Sequence record: LC680885.1
Reading direction: 5' to 3' (one strand)
DNA length: 64,000 nucleotides
Within the stretch, counting starts at the first letter, position 1. Each line of letters opens with the position of its first letter. The position numbers and the translations under genes were made by a program. Of the stretch, positions 35,646 to 45,164 are shown in pieces. The notes below the pieces were generated by a model. The model ran no database searches. It was given only the letters and a program-made list of their open reading frames with translations, and was not told where the DNA came from.

Positions 35646-36146
35646 ATGTTAAAAAATAAAAATATTGAAATTAACCAAGATATTATTAATCAAGAATTAA
35701 TGAAAACAAAATATATGGAAGAGGCGATGTTAAAAGTGTTAAATCAAGACCTAGTAATCAATTTAAGATTTTTAAAAGATAATCTACTAACTGGATGGGA
35801 ATTTGAAAATAATACAGCTGAATTTAAAGAAATAGAAAAATTCTATGATCCGTCACTAAAAATAAGATTAATTTTTAAAGTTAATAATGAAAAAGAAATC
35901 AAGTATACAATTAATGAAGATGTTCAAGATATTTTAGAAAACTTTATGATTAAAAAATCAAATGACGAAAGAGCTTGTGAAATTATTAAATCTGTTATTG
36001 AGTATGAATTCTTTAAGAAAGAAAATAAAAAGGGTCATGAACTTGATATGAATACAATAGATTTATTAATGGGTAAAGTTAATGAATTAAAAATTAAGTA
36101 CAATATCAGTAATAAACAAGCTAAGAAATTATATATAGCATTTTAA
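35646..36146 (+). CDS. Hypothetical protein
   Basis: GGGAG RBS. Confidence 0.7.
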   Translation: MLKNKNIEINQDIINQELMKTKYMEEAMLKVLNQDLVINLRFLKDNLLTGWEFENNTAEFKEIEKFYDPSLKIRLIFKVNNEKEIKYTINEDVQDILENFMIKKSNDERACEIIKSVIEYEFFKKENKKGHELDMNTIDLLMGKVNELKIKYNISNKQAKKLYIAF

Positions 36147-36171
36147 AATATAACTAAAGAGAGGTAATTTC

Positions 36172-36798
36172 ATGAGAAAAACAGTAAATCTATTTGATTG
36201 GTATATCTATAAAAATGGAGAATATACATTGATTCCTTACTTCTTCAGATTAGCTTCAGGATTATTAATATTAATTGTATTCTCATCTTTAACTGTAATT
36301 AATATTAAATTATCTTTTATATCATTAATGGTAACAATTCCAACATTTTTGATAATTAATCTATTAATTTATTTATATTTTAATAAAAATTGTCTTAGAG
36401 AATATGGAGAAATAAATAAATCTTTTAAAGTGAAAGATAAATATTATTCTTTTTGGTATATTGAATTAAATGAAGATAATGAGGTTTTTAAAGAAGCTTT
36501 TAATAATTTTAAAAATGAACACGAATGGATTATAGAAGAAGAAAATATAAAAAATCTATCAGAAATACTGTCACAAAAATTTTTTATAAAAGACACTAAA
36601 ATAGTAGAGACTGTAGCGAGAGAAAAAAGAAAACATTGGAAGAACAATATTGACACTAATAGACTGATAACTTATAGAGAGTTTCTTAAATATAGAAAGA
36701 ATAAAAAGAAATTTGAAGAGTCTAAGAAGTTAGAAAAGGAAATAAAAGAGTTTCAAGATTATTACAATTTAAACACTAAAGGAGAAATTAAAAAATGA
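36172..36798 (+). CDS. Hypothetical 2-TM protein
   Basis: GAGG RBS; two TM helices near the N-terminus. Confidence 0.7.
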   Translation: MRKTVNLFDWYIYKNGEYTLIPYFFRLASGLLILIVFSSLTVINIKLSFISLMVTIPTFLIINLLIYLYFNKNCLREYGEINKSFKVKDKYYSFWYIELNEDNEVFKEAFNNFKNEHEWIIEEENIKNLSEILSQKFFIKDTKIVETVAREKRKHWKNNIDTNRLITYREFLKYRKNKKKFEESKKLEKEIKEFQDYYNLNTKGEIKK

Positions 36799-37259
36799 AT
36801 ACTAAAATAATCGCAGCATTTCCGGGTACAGGTAAATCTTACATCAAAAATAATATCTCATTCTTAAAAACATCTGATTCAGATTCAACTAGTTTTTCAT
36901 GGATAATTAAAGATGGAGAAAAAGTTAGAAATCCTAAATTTCCAACGAATTATATTAGTTATATTAAGGATCTCTATTATAAAAATGTAATGGATTATAT
37001 TTTCGTATCAACTCATAAAGAAGTTATCCAAGAGTTGATTGATAATAATTTAGAATTTGTAGTAGCTTATCCAAAACGTTCAGATAAAGAATTATATTTA
37101 AAGAGATACAAAGAAAGAGGTTCAGATAGTAAATTTATTGAGCTTCTTGATAATATGTTTGATAGTTTTATAGATGATATAGAGAATAGAGTTCCTGAAG
37201 AAAACAGAATTGAACTTAATCATAATGAATATTTAGCTAACGTATTAGATAAAATTTAA
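36795..37259 (+). CDS. Small P-loop NTPase (nucleotide-kinase-like)
   Basis: IIAAFPGTGKS Walker A at the N-terminus. Confidence 0.75.
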   Translation: MNTKIIAAFPGTGKSYIKNNISFLKTSDSDSTSFSWIIKDGEKVRNPKFPTNYISYIKDLYYKNVMDYIFVSTHKEVIQELIDNNLEFVVAYPKRSDKELYLKRYKERGSDSKFIELLDNMFDSFIDDIENRVPEENRIELNHNEYLANVLDKI

Positions 37260-37276
37260 ATAAGGAGAAATTAAAA

Positions 37277-37735
37277 ATGAGATACTTTAAAGGTATAGTA
37301 GCAGGAAAAGACTTTTTCTTAAAAGCAGATAATGAAGAAAATGCCATTAAGGAATTAGCATCAAAAGAAATTAATTCTATAGGATCTTTTACAATGTTAA
37401 GTAATGAAAAACAGAAATACCTAATAATTTTCTTTAATGAAGATGAAGATAAATTTGTTGTTGGAAATGGATTAGAATCATATATATCATTAGACAGTCT
37501 TAAATCTGAATTAGAATCTAAAGATTTAGAATGTTATTATTTAGATTTAGGTAATACAGATAATATCGAGATAAACGGTATTATAAAAAATCAAGAATAC
37601 ACATTAACAGAAATAATAATGGAAAGTATTAAATTAACTATGAATGATTTTTATCAACAAGTTATAAATTCTGTATTAACTGAATTAACTGAAAAAGAAT
37701 ACAAAAATTCAATAGTTGTTAAAAATTTTAAATAA
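37277..37735 (+). CDS. C-terminal tag family protein
   Basis: Starts MRYFK, ends TELTEKEYKNSIVVKNFK. Confidence 0.8.
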   Translation: MRYFKGIVAGKDFFLKADNEENAIKELASKEINSIGSFTMLSNEKQKYLIIFFNEDEDKFVVGNGLESYISLDSLKSELESKDLECYYLDLGNTDNIEINGIIKNQEYTLTEIIMESIKLTMNDFYQQVINSVLTELTEKEYKNSIVVKNFK

Positions 37736-37754
37736 CTAGGAAGGAATAAAAATA

Positions 37755-38225
37755 GTGAGAAATAAAAAAAGAAGCATAGATAGTTTGATAAATAATAATC
37801 TAGAATTACCAATTGAGATTACTGAAAATTATATAAATAATTTTATATACAAATCATTAACTGCTATAAATAAGAAAAAAGAAATAAAACCAAATCAAAC
37901 TTATATAATTAATCATAAGAATGAATTATTTAATAAAGCAGATAATTTCATAAATTGTATTTTAGAATTATTAAAAGGTGATGTGGGTACTTTAATAGAT
38001 AAAAAAGATTTAAAGTTAAAAAGAAATGTAAAGAAAGACAATATAAGTAATTGTCTTACAATATATACTATTGTAGAAACTTTAACTTACAATAATTCTA
38101 TAACAATGATGATGGTAAAAAATGTAAATAATACCAATAAGGAAGTAACTGGTGAACTAATATTTGATATTAATATAAGTGATAAATTAGGTAAAGATAA
38201 TTACAATGAAAATATTTATATTTAA
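37755..38225 (+). CDS. Hypothetical protein
   Basis: GGAAGG RBS, GTG start. Confidence 0.6.
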   Translation: MRNKKRSIDSLINNNLELPIEITENYINNFIYKSLTAINKKKEIKPNQTYIINHKNELFNKADNFINCILELLKGDVGTLIDKKDLKLKRNVKKDNISNCLTIYTIVETLTYNNSITMMMVKNVNNTNKEVTGELIFDINISDKLGKDNYNENIYI

Positions 38226-38280
38226 TTACTATTTAAATATATATTATATAAATGAAGTTAATTAAAATACAGGAGATGAA

Positions 38281-38628
38281 TTGGATATGTTAAACGATAC
38301 TAAAAAGATTTTAGACAGAATATACGACAAAATAAATGGTGATTTAATTGTTATTTCAGAGTGTAAAGATCTATTTGATAAGGAATTAAATTACACTTTA
38401 ACTGAAGGTAATGAAGAAACAACAAATCTTGATTATTTGGCAGATTCTTTAATTGTAGTTGCTTCAGATATATTTACTTTAAAAGAAGTACTTAATATTG
38501 ACGAAGAAACTATTAATAATGAACTATTAGCAGAATTTAAACTAAGCTATAGAATGATACAAAATTTTCATATGAAATTAGAATTAAATAGTTATAAATT
38601 AAAAAAGATTAAAACCTCGGTTGAATAA
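38281..38628 (+). CDS. Hypothetical protein
   Basis: TATATATTAT at 38238-47 upstream; AGGAG RBS. Confidence 0.7.
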   Translation: MDMLNDTKKILDRIYDKINGDLIVISECKDLFDKELNYTLTEGNEETTNLDYLADSLIVVASDIFTLKEVLNIDEETINNELLAEFKLSYRMIQNFHMKLELNSYKLKKIKTSVE

Positions 38629-38647
38629 ATATAGGAGATGATTAGGA

Positions 38648-39133
38648 ATGAATTATTTAAAGAATGAAAAAGGGGAGGTCTTTCCAGTCAATGAAGAAGG
38701 AATGGAGAATATTATATTCTTTCTTCTAGACTACTCACAGAAAAATGATTATAACACAATGAATTTGATTAAAGAGATAAATGATCACGTGATGAAAGGC
38801 GAAAATATAAGTAATAAATTTATTAATGAAAAGACAAAAGAAACGATATTAACATTAGGTAAAGTAAAAGGTAATTTAACTAATGAATTAGCTAGAAGTG
38901 GTTATATAGTTAATTTCTCTAGAAATAAAATATCACTATCGATATATGTAAAAAATAATAGTTTTAAATTAGTAAGAATTTCAGATCATAATATTAATAA
39001 AAAAATAAATAAAAAAGGTGTAATCAGTAATAGATTTGACGGACAATTAGTATGTAAAAATAATCTAGTTAAATCTTCTGATTTGAAAAAGCATGGAATT
39101 GATATTAATGAAGGAATATATTATTTAGAATAG
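38648..39133 (+). CDS. Hypothetical protein with S.Y...RISDH motif
   Basis: ORF with RBS. Confidence 0.7.
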   Translation: MNYLKNEKGEVFPVNEEGMENIIFFLLDYSQKNDYNTMNLIKEINDHVMKGENISNKFINEKTKETILTLGKVKGNLTNELARSGYIVNFSRNKISLSIYVKNNSFKLVRISDHNINKKINKKGVISNRFDGQLVCKNNLVKSSDLKKHGIDINEGIYYLE

Positions 39134-39134
39134 G

Positions 39135-39428
39135 ATGAAACTATATATGAAAAAGATAATAATGTTTTTAGGTATTTTGTTACTAACAACGGTATTGGTC
39201 GGTTGTGGAGAAAGTGTTGATTCAAAAGATAAAAAAGATTCAATCAAAACAGTAACTATTTATAGTAAAGACGGTAAAGTATTACATCAATATGAAGGAA
39301 AAGTTAGTGCTGAGAGAGTAACGGATAACAAATTTACTAAAATTGATATAGACGGTAAGAAATTAAGAGTTGTAAATGCAGATGTAGTTATTGAAGAGAA
39401 AGGTATTGAGAAATTTGAAACAAAATAA
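39135..39428 (+). CDS. Phage lipoprotein (DUF5052-like)
   Basis: Lipobox LVGC; TIYSKDGKVLHQYEGK. Confidence 0.7.
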   Translation: MKLYMKKIIMFLGILLLTTVLVGCGESVDSKDKKDSIKTVTIYSKDGKVLHQYEGKVSAERVTDNKFTKIDIDGKKLRVVNADVVIEEKGIEKFETK

Positions 39429-39436
39429 AGATTAAG

Positions 39437-39480
39437 TATATATTATAATTATGAAGAAAGATATTATCATATATCTTTCT
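39437..39480 (+). promoter_or_regulatory. Early-type promoter plus stem-loop
   Basis: TATATATTATAA; AGAAAGATAT / ATATCTTTCT (same family as 29481). Confidence 0.6.
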
Positions 39481-39490
39481 AATAAAATTA

Positions 39491-39802
39491 ATGGAGGAAT
39501 TTGTTATGGCAAAATTAAATGAAGAAGTATTAAGAGACTTTCAAGTAAAAACTGAAATTGATGGAGAATTTGAAGTAATGGAATCTGATGAGCTTGGTGT
39601 TGATGAAGCTTATGAAATTGAATTAATTAAAGAATTGGGATTAGATGTCGATTCAAGTGTATTCTCTTATGCAATATCAGAAAAAGATGATGAAGAAAAT
39701 ACGTATACTTTAGAATATAGTCATGAAGGCGTTCTATTAACTATTCATGATATCGATTTTGAAAATGGTATTCATGATACTATTTATAAAAATGTAATTT
39801 AA
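39491..39802 (+). CDS. Small acidic protein (start probably MAKLNEE at 39506)
   Basis: GGAGG RBS; E/D-rich. Confidence 0.7.
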   Translation: MEEFVMAKLNEEVLRDFQVKTEIDGEFEVMESDELGVDEAYEIELIKELGLDVDSSVFSYAISEKDDEENTYTLEYSHEGVLLTIHDIDFENGIHDTIYKNVI

Positions 39803-39811
39803 TGATTTAAG

Positions 39812-39844
39812 TATAGCTGATATCTTTAACGGATATCAGCTATA
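39812..39844 (+). terminator. Stem-loop terminator
   Basis: TATAGCTGATATC / GATATCAGCTATA plus T-tract. Confidence 0.75.
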
Positions 39845-39885
39845 TTATTTTTATTTTTTTACTTAAAGGAGATGAAAAGGATAAT

Positions 39886-40497
39886 ATGAATTATTTTGAA
39901 TTGGAATATACAGGTTTAATTAATAATAATAAATTAGATAATCTAGTTCTACACAAACAAGAAAATGAAGAAATTGAATCGGGTGTTTTAAATATGGTTT
40001 TATTTAAATTGTATCTAAAAGAATTCTATAATGATAATATGGATGATAATGATTTATGTAAGAAACTAAAAATGGAAATAAGAAGTATTCATAGTTATAA
40101 TAATTCAGAAATTTATATTAATGAAGACTTTGCTGAAATATATGATGGTATTAATCCGAATAATAATATTAAATCAGGAAAAATAAATAAAGATTATGAA
40201 TATTTATTTAAATTTATTAAAGATAATATAAATGAAAAAGATTTAAATAATATACATGTGATTAAATTTACAACATTTGAAATAGAGAAATATAAACCTG
40301 TTGTGATTTTTATAAACTCAGATAAACTTAGAATTAAGACCAATAAATCAATTAGTAGATATACATCAACAAATGAATTTGTATTCTATAATATTTCAAG
40401 CGAAAGTTTATATACATTAATGAAAAATACAAATAGAATAAGAAATATAACGGAAAAAGAATATAAAAAAGAATTAGTTAAAAGGAGTTTTTTATAA
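39886..40497 (+). CDS. C-terminal tag family protein
   Basis: Starts MNYFEL, ends RNITEKEYKKELVKRSFL. Confidence 0.8.
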   Translation: MNYFELEYTGLINNNKLDNLVLHKQENEEIESGVLNMVLFKLYLKEFYNDNMDDNDLCKKLKMEIRSIHSYNNSEIYINEDFAEIYDGINPNNNIKSGKINKDYEYLFKFIKDNINEKDLNNIHVIKFTTFEIEKYKPVVIFINSDKLRIKTNKSISRYTSTNEFVFYNISSESLYTLMKNTNRIRNITEKEYKKELVKRSFL

Positions 40498-41045
40498 TGT
40501 ATGAAGTTAATAAAAAATTTAAATATGCTAAAAGAGATAAAGAATTCACATTATTCCACCATAAATCAAAAGAAAAAATAACTGATTCATTTATAATTAA
40601 TAATTATATTTCATATGTATTATATCAATGCTACGAAAGAACACCAGGAAATGCAGAAGTTTGGTTGGAAATTAATGATATAAATAATATAAAAGGTGAT
40701 TTCTTATTTAAATTTATGTTTGACAACAGACCTTCTTTTGGTTCTAATTATTTTCCTAAGTGTAAATTAAATATACAAGATAACAGTGATAATAATATTG
40801 TAACTATTGAATTTAGTGATAAATATAAAAGACATAATTTTATTCTAGAAGAAATATCTAAATTTAATAATGTTCATATTAATTTTTATGAAGAAGTATT
40901 ATTTACTAATGAAGATGAAGAATTCAAGTTATTAAAGAATGTATTTAAAACTGATAACATTAAATATTACCAAAATAAAGATTTAATTAGTTATATTTCA
41001 GACAAAGAAGCTAGAAAAATTTTAGTAAAAGAAAACTTTAAATAG
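40497..41045 (+). CDS. C-terminal tag family protein
   Basis: Ends SYISDKEARKILVKENFK. Confidence 0.8.
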   Translation: MYEVNKKFKYAKRDKEFTLFHHKSKEKITDSFIINNYISYVLYQCYERTPGNAEVWLEINDINNIKGDFLFKFMFDNRPSFGSNYFPKCKLNIQDNSDNNIVTIEFSDKYKRHNFILEEISKFNNVHINFYEEVLFTNEDEEFKLLKNVFKTDNIKYYQNKDLISYISDKEARKILVKENFK

Positions 41046-41061
41046 AATAGGGGCAAATAAA

Positions 41062-41595
41062 TTGAATAAATATTTTAAATTTAAATTAAATAATAAAAGT
41101 GATTACGATGTATTTAAATTTTCAGGAAATGAAGAAGAAATAAGCGATTCTAAAATTATAGAGTCTTATTTTGATTATATGTTTAATTATTATATAAATG
41201 AAGCAATACCTGACTCCAGTATGATTAATATTGCTGTATTTACTGAAGGTAAAAGAAAAAGATTATTGAGATTTACTATAGATAAACCACCAATTTATAT
41301 AAAAGAGCCAGTTAGTACTTTATTTATGAATGAAAATGATGAAGATAAACAAATTAATTTTAAAGAATTTAACGAAATTAAAAAATTTATACACGAAAAG
41401 ATTATGGAATTGAATAAAGGTGAATTTTATATTTATATTGATTATAATTTTGATTATTCTTATAGAATAGATTACGATGATGTATTTGATAAAATATTAT
41501 TTAATAAAAATAATCTAAATCTTTATTCATCATTTATTAAAGAAACAGATGAAAATGAATATAAAAATTATCTAGTAAGAGAGAATTTTAAATAA
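41062..41595 (+). CDS. C-terminal tag family protein
   Basis: Starts MNKYFKF, ends KETDENEYKNYLVRENFK. Confidence 0.8.
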   Translation: MNKYFKFKLNNKSDYDVFKFSGNEEEISDSKIIESYFDYMFNYYINEAIPDSSMINIAVFTEGKRKRLLRFTIDKPPIYIKEPVSTLFMNENDEDKQINFKEFNEIKKFIHEKIMELNKGEFYIYIDYNFDYSYRIDYDDVFDKILFNKNNLNLYSSFIKETDENEYKNYLVRENFK

Positions 41596-41612
41596 GGAAG
41601 TGAGACAGATAA

Positions 41613-42389
41613 ATGGAATATGTTATGATAAATAAATTATTAACAAAAAATGATTCATCTGAATTAAAAATAAACATGGTTAAACTATATAAAGAGGAAG
41701 AAGACTTTTTCAATTTCTTTTTAAACTTTATTATAGAATATAATTCATATTATATAGGAAATTATAAATACTTTTATAGTATAGATTCATTATCAGATTA
41801 TAATTCAGATTATCAAATAAATGGAAATCCTTATGTGCCATTTGAGGAAGGGATAAAGGTAAATGAAGTCATTCATATTTATAAAAATAAATTATTTAGG
41901 AATATAAGTAAAGATATTGAAAATAGAATAACCGTACTTTATGTAGAAGACAAAGAAGACGATATTTCCTATTATATATTAATATCTAATTACTTTAATA
42001 AAAAATTTAAAAAAGAATATAAAGAAGAACTTCCCGATAAAGAAAAATTGTTAGCTAGACTTATAGTAAGATCCTTTCTAAATGAAAAAATTTTATTAGA
42101 TTCACATTCAGAATTTTTAGTTATTAAAGATAAAGAAAAATTGAATAATTTAATTAATAATTTAATGAAAAATCAAAAATACAAAATTTTAAATTTTGAT
42201 TTCTTAAGTAATAGGGAATTAAAATATAATGGAGTAATATTTAATACAAATTTATATGATAATAAACTAATCCTGAAGTATTTAAAAGGAATAGACTACA
42301 AAGATATTATTAATAAAGATAAAGAAAAAATTACGTTTATAAATGAAAAAGGATATAAAAAACTAGCATTGAAAGAATCATTTAAATAA
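41613..42389 (+). CDS. C-terminal tag family protein
   Basis: Ends TFINEKGYKKLALKESFK. Confidence 0.8.
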   Translation: MEYVMINKLLTKNDSSELKINMVKLYKEEEDFFNFFLNFIIEYNSYYIGNYKYFYSIDSLSDYNSDYQINGNPYVPFEEGIKVNEVIHIYKNKLFRNISKDIENRITVLYVEDKEDDISYYILISNYFNKKFKKEYKEELPDKEKLLARLIVRSFLNEKILLDSHSEFLVIKDKEKLNNLINNLMKNQKYKILNFDFLSNRELKYNGVIFNTNLYDNKLILKYLKGIDYKDIINKDKEKITFINEKGYKKLALKESFK

Positions 42390-42400
42390 ATAATAAATAT

Positions 42401-42460
42401 TCTCATCCATTCATTATATAATAACTTTTAATTATATAATAATTTTTAGAATGGATGAGA
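42401..42460 (+). promoter_or_regulatory. Long-loop hairpin whose 3' arm contains the RBS of 42468; loop carries two ATTATATAATA repeats
   Basis: TCTCATCCATTC / GAATGGATGAGA, 36-nt loop. Confidence 0.55.
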
Positions 42461-42467
42461 TGCTTTT

Positions 42468-43127
42468 ATGAGTAATTATTTATATCGTTTTAACAAAGAG
42501 AATGTAAATATCTTCTATCATAAAAGGACTAATAATGGTCATAAAATGTTATTTAATAATAGTAATGATAAAGATAGATCTATATACTTAATAAATACTG
42601 ATGAAGAAATCAATAATATGGAACTAGTATCTAAATATATTGCTGGAAAAGTATTTGAAATACTAAACCAAGAAAATATGAAAATAGTACATATGGATTT
42701 CTTTAATAGTAAATTAGAATTCTTTATAAGTAGATCATCCAAGAATAAATATATAATGAATATGTATTTTAGTTTAAAAAGTTATAATGATCTAATAGAA
42801 AATGAAAAAGAATTTATAGATAGTGTTAATGAGCTTAATTTAGACTTTTTAAAATCAGTTTCTTTAGATCAAGACAATAATCATGTATTAGATATGACAT
42901 TAATATTTTTAATAGATAAAAATAAAATAGATGAATTTATTAAAAATCTATTTTACATTAATTATGTAAAGATAATAGAATTTATAATAGATACTATATC
43001 AGTATATGCAGATGATTACAAGAAATTTAATGAAGAAATAAATATTCTTTTGGATCATAGAAATTTTGTAGAGGAAATAACATATAAAGAATATAAAAAG
43101 ATAATGACAAAAGAGATGTTTATTTAA
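42468..43127 (+). CDS. C-terminal tag family protein
   Basis: Ends EEITYKEYKKIMTKEMFI. Confidence 0.8.
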   Translation: MSNYLYRFNKENVNIFYHKRTNNGHKMLFNNSNDKDRSIYLINTDEEINNMELVSKYIAGKVFEILNQENMKIVHMDFFNSKLEFFISRSSKNKYIMNMYFSLKSYNDLIENEKEFIDSVNELNLDFLKSVSLDQDNNHVLDMTLIFLIDKNKIDEFIKNLFYINYVKIIEFIIDTISVYADDYKKFNEEINILLDHRNFVEEITYKEYKKIMTKEMFI

Positions 43128-43140
43128 GGAGTAATTAACT

Positions 43141-43851
43141 ATGAAGATTTCAGCCAATAAAGAATTATTAGGAAAGAAAGTTATACCTTTAGGTTTTAAA
43201 CAACTTAATAACTTATATAAAGATCATGATTATGTATATTTAAGAATTCCTGAAATATTTAATGTATTTGATAAGTATCAATTTAAAGATGATAAATTTG
43301 TATATCTTAAAACAGAAATAAAACCCAGTACTATTGTAGATTTAATAGATTCTTTATCAAGTGGTTTTAATTGGTTAATAAATGAATATATTTCTAATGA
43401 TATACTAAATATACATTATATAAAGAAAAATTTATTAGACATTTCCAATAGTGAATATAAAACTCTAGAAGAAACAAGATCTCAGTTAGATTTAGAATTA
43501 GAATTCATAAGTAGTAATGAAAAACAAAGAAAGCAATCTAATATTTTAATAAAGGATATTCATAAAGAAATAAATTATATAAGGAATGAATACACAAAAG
43601 TATTCACTCTTAAGAAAAGTAAAACCAGAAATAATAAACCAATAAAAATAAAAATTAGAAATTTATATGATGAAGATCCAATATCTATATTAAAAATAAT
43701 ATTAGACTTAGGAGAAGAATATTGTATGAATAGTACTATATTTAACGCATTTACTTATTCATTAATGTTAACAAATAATTTAGATTTCATAGACGAAAAA
43801 GAATTTCAGGATATAGTTAAGAAAGAGAAAGTGAAAAATACTTTCATTTAA
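43141..43851 (+). CDS. C-terminal tag family protein (4-aa insertion in tag)
   Basis: Ends DFIDEKEFQDIVKKEKVKNTFI. Confidence 0.75.
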   Translation: MKISANKELLGKKVIPLGFKQLNNLYKDHDYVYLRIPEIFNVFDKYQFKDDKFVYLKTEIKPSTIVDLIDSLSSGFNWLINEYISNDILNIHYIKKNLLDISNSEYKTLEETRSQLDLELEFISSNEKQRKQSNILIKDIHKEINYIRNEYTKVFTLKKSKTRNNKPIKIKIRNLYDEDPISILKIILDLGEEYCMNSTIFNAFTYSLMLTNNLDFIDEKEFQDIVKKEKVKNTFI

Positions 43852-43857
43852 AACATT

Positions 43858-43898
43858 ATTCATATAGTTTGAGGAAATTTTCCTCAAACTATATGAAT
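43858..43898 (+). terminator. Stem-loop terminator
   Basis: ATTCATATAGTTTGAGGAA / TTCCTCAAACTATATGAAT plus T-tract. Confidence 0.8.
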
Positions 43899-44048
43899 TA
43901 TTTTATTTTTTTTTCTAAAAATATAAACTAATTTATATTAATAATTTTTATAATGTATCATTCACTTAGTCGCAAATATTTATTTATTTTAAGAACATAA
44001 ATTTTATATCAAATAATATAGAATTTTTAAAAAGGAGAATTTAATTTT

Positions 44049-44612
44049 ATGGAAAAATATGATAAATTAACTGAAGAATTAGAAGCTTTATATGAGCAAT
44101 CTCAAGAAGAAGCTCTAGAAGAACAGTTCGAAAGCATTATCGAATCAACTGATGAAGATAAAGCAGAAGAAGTTGAAGATAAAGATTCTAAAGAAGATTC
44201 AGACGAAGAAGAAACATCTGTTGAAGAACAATTTAACAGTATCTTAGAATCAGAAGATGAAGAATCTGATGAGGAAGAAGATGACGAAGATTCAGAAGAA
44301 GAACCGGTTGAAGAATCTGATGAGGAAGATTCAGAAGACGATTCAGAAGATGATGAAGATTCTTTAGAAGAAGAATTAAATCGTTTATTTGAAGAAAATG
44401 AAGACCCAGAAATGGATGTCGAAAAGCAAACTACAAAAGCTAATGACATGAACTCAAAAAAATCATCTGACTCTACTGAACATCCTGAAGAAGATGTGAA
44501 AAAAATCACTTCAGAAGATGAAGACGAAGAAGAAGATGCTGAAGATGACGAAGAAGAATCTACTAATGAAGATGAATCATTAGAAGAATCATTAGATCGT
44601 ATCTTTGGTTAA
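44049..44612 (+). CDS. Extremely acidic protein with five helical repeats; candidate prohead core/scaffold or DNA mimic
   Basis: AAGGAG RBS; D/E dominated; AACA-type motif at 43994. Confidence 0.75.
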   Translation: MEKYDKLTEELEALYEQSQEEALEEQFESIIESTDEDKAEEVEDKDSKEDSDEEETSVEEQFNSILESEDEESDEEEDDEDSEEEPVEESDEEDSEDDSEDDEDSLEEELNRLFEENEDPEMDVEKQTTKANDMNSKKSSDSTEHPEEDVKKITSEDEDEEEDAEDDEEESTNEDESLEESLDRIFG

Positions 44613-44634
44613 TTATTAATTAATCTTTAAAATA

Positions 44635-44666
44635 TCCCCTAACCTTATTAATTTAAGGTTAGGGGA
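44635..44666. terminator. Bidirectional terminator
   Basis: TCCCCTAACCTTA / TAAGGTTAGGGGA between convergent genes. Confidence 0.8.
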
Positions 44667-44681
44667 TTAATATTGTATTTT

Positions 44682-45140
44682 TTATCTGAAATAATTAGTA
44701 TTATCAGTCATTTTTCTTCCAAAAGCATCTAGTCCATCTAATGGATTAACTTTATCTCCAGTTGTTTTAAAATCATCTCCACCATAAGTGCCGCTAAAAT
44801 TTGTATCTACGCCTTTAGATAATTCTTCACTCATTTTATTTAAGTGTCTTACTCTTTCAACTTTTCTCTGATAATAGTCTTCTGCTTCTTGTTGAGATTT
44901 TAATCTATTTTCATCAATAGTTTCGTTATCTTTTAATTTAGTTACTGGAGTAAAACCATCCATAACTACATAAAATTTATCAATTTGATCCTGATAAATA
45001 AAAGGTATTTTAGTTTTTAAATGTAAAGTAGTTGGTTCATCTTCATACTGTAATGTCTCATATTCAAGTATATTACCTTCTTTATCGACAGTGACAGATA
45101 TATCCATCATAATTTCTTCTTTTTTCTTTTCTTCTGACAA
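44682..45140 (-). CDS. Hypothetical protein downstream of tail-fibre gene
   Basis: ORF (TTG start) with AGAGAG RBS. Confidence 0.7.
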   Translation of the reverse strand: MSEEKKKEEIMMDISVTVDKEGNILEYETLQYEDEPTTLHLKTKIPFIYQDQIDKFYVVMDGFTPVTKLKDNETIDENRLKSQQEAEDYYQRKVERVRHLNKMSEELSKGVDTNFSGTYGGDDFKTTGDKVNPLDGLDAFGRKMTDNTNYFR

Positions 45141-45164
45141 GTCTTTTCATCTCTCTTTCATATT

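Noticed and set aside
35841-35852. Extra TTCTATGATCC match inside gene 35646
   Set aside because: Coding (FYDP), lacks the flanking T and A, not upstream of a start; probably chance.
44102-44509. 135-aa Ser-rich minus-strand ORF
   Set aside because: Antisense shadow of the GAA/GAT-rich acidic gene; no RBS.
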